NCBI GenBank assembly: GCA_951406725.2
Contig: OX597839.1
Location: 41,167,015-41,231,014 of the forward strand
Source of the DNA: Octopus vulgaris
Taxonomy: Eukaryota
Length of the DNA: 64,000 nt
Direction of reading: 5' to 3'
The position numbers and the translations under genes were made by a program. How positions within the stretch are numbered: position 1 is the first letter of the stretch; every line of letters begins with the position of its first letter. The notes beneath the pieces are model-generated. The model had not been told where the DNA came from. It was given only the letters and a program-made list of their open reading frames with translations, and searched no databases. Below, piece after piece: positions 52,551 through 64,000 of the stretch.

Positions 52551-52959
52551 CCTTGCTTTGACATTGCATGATATTTCTGAATGAGTACCACCGTCGTACA
52601 ATCTGTTGCCATTCATTTCCAATATTCTACGAGAGCATCTGGTCACAGGGAAATGTATTGCCTTCCTTGGAAACAGGCAGGTGTTGGTGGCAGGGAGGAC
52701 ATTGGTCCATAGAAAACCCTCTTTAACAAATCCTGTCCAACCCATGCAAGTATGGACAAATTGATCTTAAAACAATGATGATGATGATAATGAACTACTG
52801 TGTTTTGAGGTAGGGCCTTTCATATAACAGAGACAGTCCATCGTGTACTGTTGTGTCACTGGCTGAGTATATCTGAGACCTTGCTCGCTTGCTTGGAAGT
52901 CCCTTGGCTCCAAAGAGACTAATGGCATCTCTTCAAGTTGGTACCTAACACAGTTGATG

Positions 52960-53497
52960 AACATCATCATCATCATTGTTTGACCGTGGTCGAGACAATG
53001 GAATTTACCATGCTGCGCCAGACTTCACGGTCCATCATGTCATTACGGAGGTCCTGTTGCTGGATGCCTGTATCCCTGGAGATTACATCAGGGTAGGAGA
53101 GTGTGCGCCCTCTGGTATTGCGAGTAGATGGCTTCCAGAGGAGAAGAGTAGAAATTACCTCTTTTTCAGCTCTACAACAATGTCCAGCAAACTGGACTCT
53201 CCTACCTTTCACAAGAGATGACACAGGTGGTAATTTCTCATATATTTGCATTTTGGTTGGATGACGCTTCCACGAGAGATTTTGAGCTCGCATAAGGAGG
53301 CGAGTGTAGGTTCCATCCAACCACCTCTCAAGCTTCTTTGATAACGTCCAGGTTTCTGAGCCATATAGTAGAATTGGTTCGACTGTGGCTTTGAAGATTT
53401 CAAGTTTGAAGTCTCTACTTAGATTTGATGACCAGATCTTATGCATGTCATTACAGGCTGACCAGGCCATACCCTTTCTAGTTAGAAAATCTTTTCC
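52960..53497 (-). mobile_element. 5'-truncated RTE-like LINE, ORF C-terminus still open
   Basis: AWSACNDMHKIWSS..FKATVEPILLYGSETWTL..FAGHCCR..LLLWKP, followed by a (TGA)n tail. Confidence 0.9.
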
Positions 53498-53868
53498 AAA
53501 TGATGATAATGATGATGATGAATATGCTTAAGTGAGCAGAGACTGAAAGCCAAGTGGCAGAGTTTTCTGTGGGTTGGACAAGGTGCATGGTGTAGGCGAT
53601 CTAGCAGCAGCTACAACACGCCTCACTTGGCACTCATTGACCCATTGACGACACCTTTTCTTCACGGCTTCACATGCCAGATGGCAGATGATCTGCAATC
53701 TGAGGACTCAGTGTAATCTAATGGTTAAATCAGTTCATATTGAAGCTTGATCTTTTAATTACAGGAACAGTCCATTTTGCATGATATTGTTAGTGGCTGA
53801 GTATACCTGAGACCTATACACTCAATGTAATCTTCTGATAGAATCAGTATGTGGTGAGGCTGAATCTT

Positions 53869-53926
<58 letters not shown>

Positions 53927-53964
53927 CAATAATAATAATGATGATGATGATGACGATGATGACG

Positions 53965-54313
53965 ACAAAAGCTCACAGAGAGCACAAACCTCTGTCAAGA
54001 CAACACCAATGTCCTCTCAATGATTAGCCAGAGATGATTTTCAGAATGAGAATATCTGAAATAAACTCGTCTGCTCTCACAAGCAAGAATACTAAAATGG
54101 AACCTGATTGCTCTCAAAAATTAAGTAAAAAAAACGAAAAAATAATCCAGAATCCTTGTCTGGTACCGGATCGATCCCAAAATCTAATCAGTTTGTGTCA
54201 GTCACAAGGCCAAACATACCTGAAAGTTTCATCTGAGTCCATCCAGCAGTTCTTGAGATATCTTGTCCATGGTCAAACAAACATACAAACACAACTGAAA
54301 ACAAGACCTCCAC
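53965..54313. mobile_element. Unclassified non-autonomous DNA element
   Basis: CCGGATCGATCCCAAAATCTAATCAG / AGTTTCATC..TCCATCC internal motifs and ACCTC(C/T) ends, typical of small metazoan DNA elements. Superfamily uncertain. Confidence 0.4.
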
Positions 54314-54720
54314 CTCGAGGAATGTGAAGACACAGGCTGGAAAGCGGAACATTTTCCTATCAACGTCGGATGTAGAGGGTTTGTTGGACACAGCGTGAGA
54401 CGACTGTTGTTATCGCTAGGCCTAACTCATTGTAAAGTCAATAACACCATGACTGATATCCAATCTACAGTGGAGAAGGCTAGCCACTGGATTTGGTTAA
54501 AAAGAGACGATGAGCGATGGCTAGAAGTATATTGAGTTCTTCATAACCAGCTGATCTAAAAAGCGAGGCCTCATATCAGTGAGGGGGGCCAGTGCGCATT
54601 GATGCCGTCGATGCTAGGCCCCGAAACGGCGCACATTCTCTCCTGATGACCCCATACACTTGCTAGCTTCCGGTATACGGAGCTTTTAACTTGCATGTGC
54701 AAGTTGTTTGCTAGACATCA
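54314..54720 (+). mobile_element. HERO-like (RLE endonuclease) non-LTR retrotransposon 3' end
   Basis: 54314-54535 translates LEECEDTGWKAEHFPINVGCRGFVGHSVRRLLLSLGL..VEKASHWIWLKRDDERW, matching the recalled P.EVGCRGF..AS.W.W..R pattern. Not in the ORF track. Confidence 0.8.
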
Positions 54721-54723
54721 ACA

Positions 54724-55475
54724 GGTGCAGGTGTAGCTGTGTGGTAAGAAGCTTGTTTCACAACCATATGGTTCCGGGTTCAGTCCCACTGCGTGGTACC
54801 TTGGGCAAGTATCTTCTACTATAGTCTCAGGTTGACCAAAACCTTGTGAGAGGATTTGGCAAATGGAAACTGAATGAAGCCCATTATATGTAAATATGTG
54901 TGTGTTTCTATGTCATTGTCCTCCGCCGCTTCTTGACAACCAGTGTTGGTGTGTTTATGTCCCTGTAACTTAGCAGTTCAGCAAAAGAGATCGTTAGAAT
55001 AAATACTAGGCTTTAAAAGCAGAAACAAAAAATTAAAAAAGCAAGCAAATAGGTGCAGGAGTGGCTGTGTGGTAAGTAGCTTGCTTACGAGCCACATGGT
55101 TCCGGGTTCAGTCCCACTGCGTGGCACCTTGGGCAAGTGTCTTCTACTATAGCCTCGGGCCCACCAAAGTCTTGTGAGTGGATTTGGTAGACGGAAACTG
55201 AAAGAAGCCCATCGTATATATGTATATATATATATATGTATGTATGTGTGTGTGTGTATGTTTGTGTGTCTGTGTTTGTCCCCCAACATCGCTTGACAAT
55301 CAATGCTGGTGTATTCACGTCCCCGTAACTTTAGCGGTTTGGCAAAAGAGACCGATAGAATAAGTACTGGGCTTACAAAAGAATAAGTCCCGGGGTCGAT
55401 TTGCTCGACTAAAGGCGGTGCTCCAGCATGGCCGCAGTCAAATGACTGAAACAAGTAAAAGAGAGTAAAAGAGTA
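54724..55475 (+). mobile_element. Two tandem SINE family A copies
   Basis: Heads at 54724 and 55052. Confidence 0.88.
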
Positions 55476-55769
55476 AGTACTCTGGTTGATTTGTTTGACT
55501 GAAATTCTTCAAGGCAAGTGACTGCTCCAGCATGGCTGCTCTCTAGCGACTGAAACCAGTAAAAGAAGATAAAAGTAATGATACCACTACAACAACACTG
55601 CAACATCAATAACACTGCAACCACAGCTACATGACCACCCTCTCTCCTCCACTCCACTCCACTCAGCTGTGCTTTATAGAGGTCAACAGTGGTGTTAGCT
55701 AATATTAATTAATATTAATTAATGAAATGAATCTCTAAACACATTTGCTCCCTCCCACCCATCCTTCTG

Positions 55770-55818
55770 TCCTGCCACCCTTCCTCTTTCTTCCTTCCTT
55801 TCCTTTCTTTCTTTCTTT

Positions 55819-55858
<40 letters not shown>

Positions 55859-56166
55859 TTTTCTTTCTTTCTTCCTTTCTTTCCTTCCTTTCCTTCTTTT
55901 TTCTTTCTTCCTTTTCTTTCTTCCTTCCTTCTTTCTTTCTTTCTTTCCTTTCCTGCTTTCTTTCCTTTCTTTCCTTCTTTCCTTCCTTCCTTCCTTCCTT
56001 TCTTTCTTTCTTTCCTTTCTTTCCTTCCTTCCTTCCTTTCTTTCTCCTGTGCCTGCCCACCCCACCCTCTTTCCACCCCCAGTCTTCCTCCTTTTATTCT
56101 ACTGTAGCTCCTTCCTGCCTTCAAACTCCCACCACACACACACACACACACACACACTCATACACA

Positions 56167-56239
<73 letters not shown>

Positions 56240-56881
56240 ACACTCGCACACACATACACACTGACACACACATACACACTGACACACACATACACACTGA
56301 CACACACATACACACTCACACACGCATACACACTCACACACACATACACACTCACACGCGCGCACGCACACACACACTCACACACGCACATACACACACA
56401 CACTAACTATTGTTCTTCTCTCCTCTGCCTCCTCCTCTGCCACCTCCTCCTCCTCCTGTTGTAACTGTTTCTATTATGGTTACTCTTACATTTGTTGTTG
56501 TTGTTGTTACTGTTGTTGTTGCTCCCAGTGTCCGCTGCAACAACAGCAGCAGCGGTACCGCTGCTGCGGCTATTAATCTTATCCTAAACAGACCAAGACA
56601 GATTAACAGTCTAGTGAGCAGCAGAGGTGTCTGGAGACTTTACTGACCACTAGATGGCCATTTACCGTCGTCCGACAGATCCAATCCGTGCAGCTTCATT
56701 GGCAACTCAAGGAAAGGATGGGATAGTTCTTGTTTTTTTGTTGCTTTTATCTATATATATATATTTTTTTCCTTTTTGTTGTTTTGGCTTTCTTCCCCAA
56801 TCTCCTACATTACAATGCAGTTCACACTTTGTTGTTTATGGTCAGAAGAATTCACTATGTGTGTGTATGTATGTATGTATG

Positions 56882-56930
<49 letters not shown>

Positions 56931-57301
56931 GCCTATCTATCTTCTATCTGTCTATCTGCCTATCTATCTTCTATCTGTCTATCTATCTATCTGTCTATCT
57001 ATCTATCTATCTATCTATCTATCCATCTATCCATCTATCTATCTATCCCTCAGTCAATCAATCAATCAACCGATCAAGCTATCTGTCTGTCTGTCTATCT
57101 ATCTACCTATCTATCTATCCCTCTCTCAATATCTCAATCAATCAAACAACCAATCACTCTATCTATCTATCTCTCTCTCTATCTATCTATCTATCTATCT
57201 ATCTCTCAATCAATTAATCAACCAGCCAATCACTCTCTGTCTCTCTCTCAATCTATCTACACACGTGTGCACACGCACACACACACACACACACACATTC
57301 T

Positions 57302-57350
<49 letters not shown>
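55770..57350. repeat. Compound (TTTC/TTCC)n, (CA)n, (CTAT)n, (TA)n microsatellites
   Basis: Directly visible; a similar block spans 59090-61140. Confidence 0.9.
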
Positions 57351-57351
<1 letters not shown>

Positions 57352-57939
57352 CCTACCTTTATATAGATGCACACTCAGTTTATTCTCTCTTTCTCTTGAT
57401 CTCTAAACCACCAACATTCTGTGAAGCAGAAAATAAAAAAAATTCCATGAATTTCCTTCAGATTGTAAATAATTTCATTACTATTTTTAATGAAGCGTCA
57501 CTCTTTGTCATATCTCTAACAAATAAATTTTACGTTAAATCATGCTGAAGATTTCAAAACAGAACGAAATAGTGCTATACATGAATGCCACTGTCTAGAA
57601 ATTGTAAGAACTTTGTAACAGAATATTCAGTATGAGAACAGTTCCTCCTCCTCCTCCACATTGTCATCATCATTCAACGTCCATTTTCCATGCTGGCATG
57701 GGTTGGACGGTTCAACAGCTGGGGAGCTGCATTAGGCTCTAGTCTGATTTGGCTTGGTTTTTACTGCTGGGTGCCCTTCCTAACATCAACCACTTTACAG
57801 AGTGTACTTGTACCAGCAAGGGTGCTGACAGTGGGGACAAACACACACATACACACATGAATATATACATGTATGTATGTGTGTATATATATGTGTGTGT
57901 GTGTGTGTGTGTAGAAATACATACATGTATACATATATA

Positions 57940-58325
57940 GAGCGGCTGTGTGGTAAGTAGCTTGTTTACCAACCACATGTTTCCGGGTCCAGTCCCATTG
58001 CGTGGAACCTTGTGCAAGTGTCATCTACTATAGCCTCGGGCCGACCAAAGCCTTGTGAGGGGATTTGGTAGACGGAAACTGAAAGAAGCCCATCGTATAT
58101 ATGTATATGTGTATATGTATGTGTGTTTGTGTGCCTGTGTTTAACCCCTGCATCGCTTGACAGCTGATGTTGGTGTGTTTGCGTCCCTATAACCTAGCAA
58201 TTCAGCAAAAGAGACCGATAGAATAAGTACTAGGCTTACAATGAATAAGTCCTGAGGTCAATTTGCTTGACTAAAGGTGATGCTCCAGCATGGCTGCAGT
58301 CAAATGACTGAAACAAGTAAAAGAA
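57940..58325 (+). mobile_element. SINE family A
   Basis: Match to the family consensus. Confidence 0.88.
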
Positions 58326-58557
58326 TATACATATATATATATATGTGTGTGTGTATATATATATATACATAGATATGTGTATATGTACATGTATGTATGT
58401 GTATGTATTACATATATTTATGTATATATATATATGTGTGTATATATACGTATATATACATGCATATACACATACATACCTACATGCACACATGTACACA
58501 TACATATAAACACACACACACACATACACATATATATACATATATGCACACACAGTC

Positions 58558-58600
<43 letters not shown>

Positions 58601-59179
58601 CAAAGAAAGAGACCGGGAGAGAGAGATGAGCATTTTGTCTTCACTGTATTTCAACTTATCTCAATATAATGATGGAGAAGGTGGAAGTGGTGGAGTCTGG
58701 TTGGTTGGTTGGTTGGTAGTGGTGGTGTGGCTGGCGGAGTTCTGTAGATATGCTATGTAGACCACCAGATGTGTGTGTGTTTATATGTGTGTGTGTTTAT
58801 ATGTGTGTGTGTGTGTAACAGCTTTAACCCCCCCCCCTCCCATCTCTAATCTTTCAGTTTCTCTATCTTGTCTCCCACTGTCCCTTCCTCCCTCCTTCTG
58901 TAATGTCTTTCTTTTCCCTGTTTTCCCCTCCCCCACCACCACCACCACCACTGCCTGTCTCTCTCTCCCTGATTATATATACCCTCTTCATCTCTACCTC
59001 TATACTCCCTTTTCTCCTCCTTCCTCTTCCTCCCAATTGTTCAATCCTTCCTGTCCTCTCTCTCTCTCTCTCTAAAAGTGCCTGACTCAGTCACTTGTCT
59101 ATCTATCTATCTATCTATCTGTCTGTCTGTCTATCTATCTGTCTGTCTGTCCATCTATCTATCTATCTATCTATCTATG

Positions 59180-59242
<63 letters not shown>

Positions 59243-59732
59243 TCCTGTTCTGGTTATCATTTTCACCCTTTCACCCTATTTTCTAACTAAAGATAACCCT
59301 TCATTTCCTCTCTCTCTCTTTTGTCTCTCTCTCTCTCTCTCTCTCTCTCTTTTGTCTCTTTTTCTCTTTTGTCTCTCTCTCTCTCTTTTATCTCTCTCTC
59401 TCTTTTGTCTCTCTCTCTCTCTTTTTCTCTCTCTATCCGTGTCTGTCTTTCTTTCTCTCTTCCTTTCCCTGCTTTGTCACTCCACTCCACCCTTTCAGCC
59501 TCTACTGTCTGACTGTCAGTCTGCATACAGCCCTTTTCTCTCTCTCTCTCTCTCTCATTTTCTCTTTCTGTCTGATTGACAATCATTCCCCCCTTCCCCC
59601 TCTAATACTGACAGCTCACTATCTCTCTCTGTCCATCTATCTTTCTCTCTTCTTTTCATTTCCTGCCCAACTGCCTGGCATTCCCTACTCTGATATCCCA
59701 GCATTTCTTTCTCTCTCTCTCTTTCTTTCTAT

Positions 59733-59779
<47 letters not shown>

Positions 59780-59800
59780 CCTATCTATCTACCTACCTAC

Positions 59801-59832
<32 letters not shown>

Positions 59833-59918
59833 GTATCTATCTAAATATCTATCTATCTATATCTATCTATCTACCTACCTACCTATCTATCTATCTACCT
59901 ATCTATCTACCTACCTAC

Positions 59919-59950
<32 letters not shown>

Positions 59951-60019
59951 GTATCTATCTAAATATCTATCTATCTATATCTATCTATTTATCTATCTAT
60001 CAATCTATCTATCTATCTA

Positions 60020-60070
<51 letters not shown>

Positions 60071-60257
60071 CTCTCTCTCCCTCTCTCTCCTTGTACACAC
60101 ACTCTCTTTTCTCCTTGCTGTCTGACTGCTGGCTTATTGTCATATCTCCCCCTCTTGTTCATGCACATAAATCTTTCTCTCTCTCTCCTCTCTCTCTCCA
60201 TATAGACACCTTCCTTATCTTTGATGGCTTATTTCCATCTCTCTCTTACTCTCTAGT

Positions 60258-60300
<43 letters not shown>

Positions 60301-60545
60301 TACATGGAGTCTCCCCCCCCCATCACTTCCCAGTCTGTCTGTCCGTCTGTCTGTCTGTCCGTCTTTCAAGTCAGTTTCAAATTATGCATTAATTCATAAT
60401 TTAGAGCTGACTCTGTGGAATCCACCTGAGGTTGTCGATCAAGACAAAGAGAGCTGTGGTGGCGGTTTTTTGACTTTTAATAAATCTTGTATTAGTTAAG
60501 TCTTTCCTTGTTTGTTTTGCAAAATAGTTTGTCTCTAATTATTAT

Positions 60546-60610
<65 letters not shown>

Positions 60611-61070
60611 ATGGATATATATATATGTATATGTATGGATATATATATATATATATATATATGTATATGTATGGATATATATATATATGTATATGTATGG
60701 ATATATATATGTATATGTATGGATATATATATATGTATATGTATGTATATGTATGGATATATATATATATATGTATGTATACTTATGTGTATATATATAT
60801 ATGTATATGTATATATATATATGCATGTAATCATATATATGTACATATGTATGTGTGTATATGTATGCCCCAACACACATGCAGCTCATGGGCAAAACCA
60901 GATAAAATAAAATAAATATATACTTATATATATATGTGTGTATATATATGTATGTATGTATATGCGTATATGCGTATATATATATATATACATGTATATA
61001 TATATATATATATATGTATGTATCTGCATATGTATATATATGTATATTTAGGTGTATATCTACATCTATG

Positions 61071-61103
<33 letters not shown>

Positions 61104-61140
61104 ATGTATGTATATGTATATATGTATATATGTATATATA

Positions 61141-61540
61141 GGCGCAGGAGTGGCTGTGTGACAAGTAGCTTGCTTGCAACCATGTGGTTCGTGTTCAGTC
61201 CCACTGCGTGGCATCTAGGCAAAGTGTCTTCTGTAACCTAGGGGCCGACCAAAACCTTGTGAGTGGATTTGGTAGACGGAAACTCCAAGAAGCCCGTCGT
61301 ATATAAGTATATATATGTGTGTGTGTATGTTTGTGTGTCTCTGTTTGTACACTAGCATTGCTTGACAACCGATGCAGATATATTTATGCCCCGTCCATTA
61401 GCGGTTCGGCAAAAAAGAAACCGATAGAATAAGTACTGGTTTATAAAGAATAATTCCCGGGCTTGATTTGCTCGACTAAGGCGGAATCGCTCCAGTATGT
61501 CCGCAGTCAAATGACTGAAACAAGTAAAAAAGTAAAGAGA
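61141..61540 (+). mobile_element. SINE family A, indel-rich copy
   Basis: Match to the family consensus with many small indels. Confidence 0.85.
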
Positions 61541-63407
61541 GATATGTATATATATGTGTATATAGTTATATTTATATATATACATATATATATATATGTA
61601 TTTATATGTACATGCATATGTTTGTGCTCCTATAACTTTTCTAAAGCTTATCAAATATATAGTCTATCCCACATATGTAACTCTACGGATGTTTGTGTGT
61701 TTATCTCTCAGGCTCACAAAATTCAAGCAGGCTTTATTTGCATACAATTTGAATATAAATAAATATTGGTTGCGTTGTTCAACTCCTGCATATTTCACAA
61801 TGCTACTTTTTTACATTGTATCATTATAAGTATGAAAATGAATACTTGCTATGTCTGATTTTTCATGAATAATTTGACGACAATAATCTTTTGGGGAATC
61901 GGGAGTTAGAATGAAATATTGAGAATCTAGATTTCTAAAAGATGAACGTGGATTCAATGTCCAGTAACCCTCATAAGTGACTCTCTCAAATTCTGTGGAA
62001 AGAAAGGTATAAGAAAACATATTATAATTGCTCTTTCAACTGTAACATATGTATTGTTTGCCTAGGGAGGTGCTATGAAGATGGTGAGCTGGCAGAATTG
62101 TTAAATGCTGGGGAAAAGTGCTTTGTAATATGTATTCAAGACTTTTATATTCTAAGTTCAAATCCTCTCGAAAGTTAAATTTTTTCCACCTCGGGACCAA
62201 TGAAATAAATGACCAGTGATGTACGTGGATTGATAGTATCGAATAGACCCGTTTCGTCAAACATTGCTCGCCTTATGTCTAAACCAGACACAAATTATTT
62301 AGTTGACAGCTAACTTTAACTTATTCTGTATTAACTTTATCATGTCCCTTCTAACAGTTTGTTCAAATAGTTTCTGAACGATGGCTTCGTACCAGTTCCT
62401 TTACCTTTCATCATCTTTTCTGTTCAACTCACCAAATCCAAAGAAGAAGATTATTTATGAAAAGTCTTTTCCAGTGGAGCTGCAGTCTTCTGCGTTTCTC
62501 TATTCAACTAGATTTTTACAAAAGACACCGACCTACATAGATTTCACATAAACATATTCAGTTTTGGAAGCTTGAAAGGGCTACGAGAAAAAGACTCCAT
62601 TATCTTTGGGTGAAATAACGATCTAATTTAAGTAGAAGTCTGACATTTTTTGTTGGAGGAGGAAACAGTGAATTACATCGATTCGATCAATTTACGTGAA
62701 TGTTACCTTCTTTCATCACTTCTGAAAGGATGAAAGACAAAGTTGAGCCTCCGTGAGATTTTGAACTCCGAGAGATTTGAACTCCCAGCATAAACAGCTG
62801 CAGAAATATTGGTTTCAAATTCTGGTACAACGCCAGCAAGTTCGGGAGGATAGTGCTTTGATTGTCGTCCCCAGTCCTCAACTGATACTTGTTTTATCGA
62901 TCCTGAAAATATGGAAGACAAGATCGACCTCGGCAGAAATTGAACTCGGAACGTGGCGGCGGACGAAATACCTATTTCTTTACTACCCACAGGCTAAACA
63001 CAGAGGGGACAAACAAGGATAGACAAACGGATTAATCTGATTACATCGACCCCAGTGCGTAACTGATGTGATTTATCGACCCGAAAAGGATGAAAAGCAA
63101 GTCGACCTCGGCAGGTTGAACACCAGAACATGGCAACAGACGAAATACCGCTAAGCATTTTTCCCAGCGTGCTGATGATTCTATCAGCTATCCGCCCTAG
63201 TTGCAAGAAATATTGCTTTCAAAATTTGGCACATGGTCAGCAATTTTTTGAGGAATTGGATATAAGCCGATTACATTGACTTCAATACTTCTGGTACTTA
63301 TTTTATCGACCTGAAGAAGTATGGAAATACACTGTTGATGTTGTTGAAATTCCGATGATGAAGCCTTGGATCTGATTTAGAAATCTTGAAAGAAAAACTG
63401 AATAATG

Positions 63408-63625
63408 ACACATACACACACATAAACAGACACACAGACACATAAACACACATACATCTGGTGGTCTACATAGCATATCTACAGAACTCCGCCAGCCACA
63501 CCACCACTGACCAACCAGCAACCAGCCAACCAGACTCCACCATTTCCACCTTCTCCATCATTATATTGAGATAAGTTGAAATACAGTGAAGACAAAATGC
63601 TTATCTCTCTCTCCCGGTCTCTTTC

Positions 63626-63674
<49 letters not shown>

Positions 63675-63859
63675 GTGTGTGTGCGTGTGACTGTGTGTGC
63701 ATGTATGTATATGTGTACATATGTGTGTATGTTGGTATGTATGTGTATATGCATGTATATATACGTATATATACACATATATATATATACATAAATATAT
63801 GTAATACATGCACATACATACATGTACATATACACATATCTATGTATATATATATACAT

Positions 63860-63911
<52 letters not shown>

Positions 63912-64000
63912 AGTCTTTTACTTGTTTCAGTCATTTGACTGCAGCTCGTTTGAGCATCACCTTTAGTCAAAGCAAATTGACCCCAGGACTTATTCATTGT
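63408..64000 (-). repeat. Inverted duplicate of 58238-58815
   Basis: Shares unique sequence (GACCGGGAGAGAGAGAT..GTAGACCACCAGATG) and private SINE variants. Confidence 0.92.

Noticed and set aside
52973-53470. Host gene on the minus strand
   Set aside because: C-terminal part of a LINE ORF, 5'-truncated, with a simple-repeat tail.
61560-62700. Possible SH2-coding exon in non-repeat sequence
   Set aside because: No open frame with SH2 hallmarks (W..G, FLVR.S) or convincing splice sites found by eye.

Overview
Eukaryotic, extremely microsatellite- and SINE-rich DNA, most likely from an octopus (inferred from repeat families and composition). Nearly all listed ORFs are low-complexity or SINE artefacts. 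One real gene is visible on the + strand: six spliced coding exons (2780-2860, 9642-9716, 11956-12102, 19483-19824, 21291-21689, 40886-41568) encode a PTB domain followed by a coiled/disordered region, most similar to SH2D5-type adaptors. Its start and its expected SH2 exons are not visible here. The introns hold about 30 tRNA-SINE copies, RTE-like and HERO-like LINE remnants, piggyBac/hAT MITEs, Helitrons and a decayed Tc1/mariner element. The most interesting signals are: (i) several fold-back inserts in (TA)n tracts, three with minimal hammerhead-ribozyme motifs (different cores, palindromic stem III), plus a 3x318-bp tandem array of a decayed Penelope-type GIY-YIG C-terminus; (ii) a 5.8S rRNA fragment fused to a SINE within one pair of direct repeats; (iii) a candidate internal first exon giving a PTB-less isoform. 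All alignments and folds were done by eye, so repeat boundaries are approximate.
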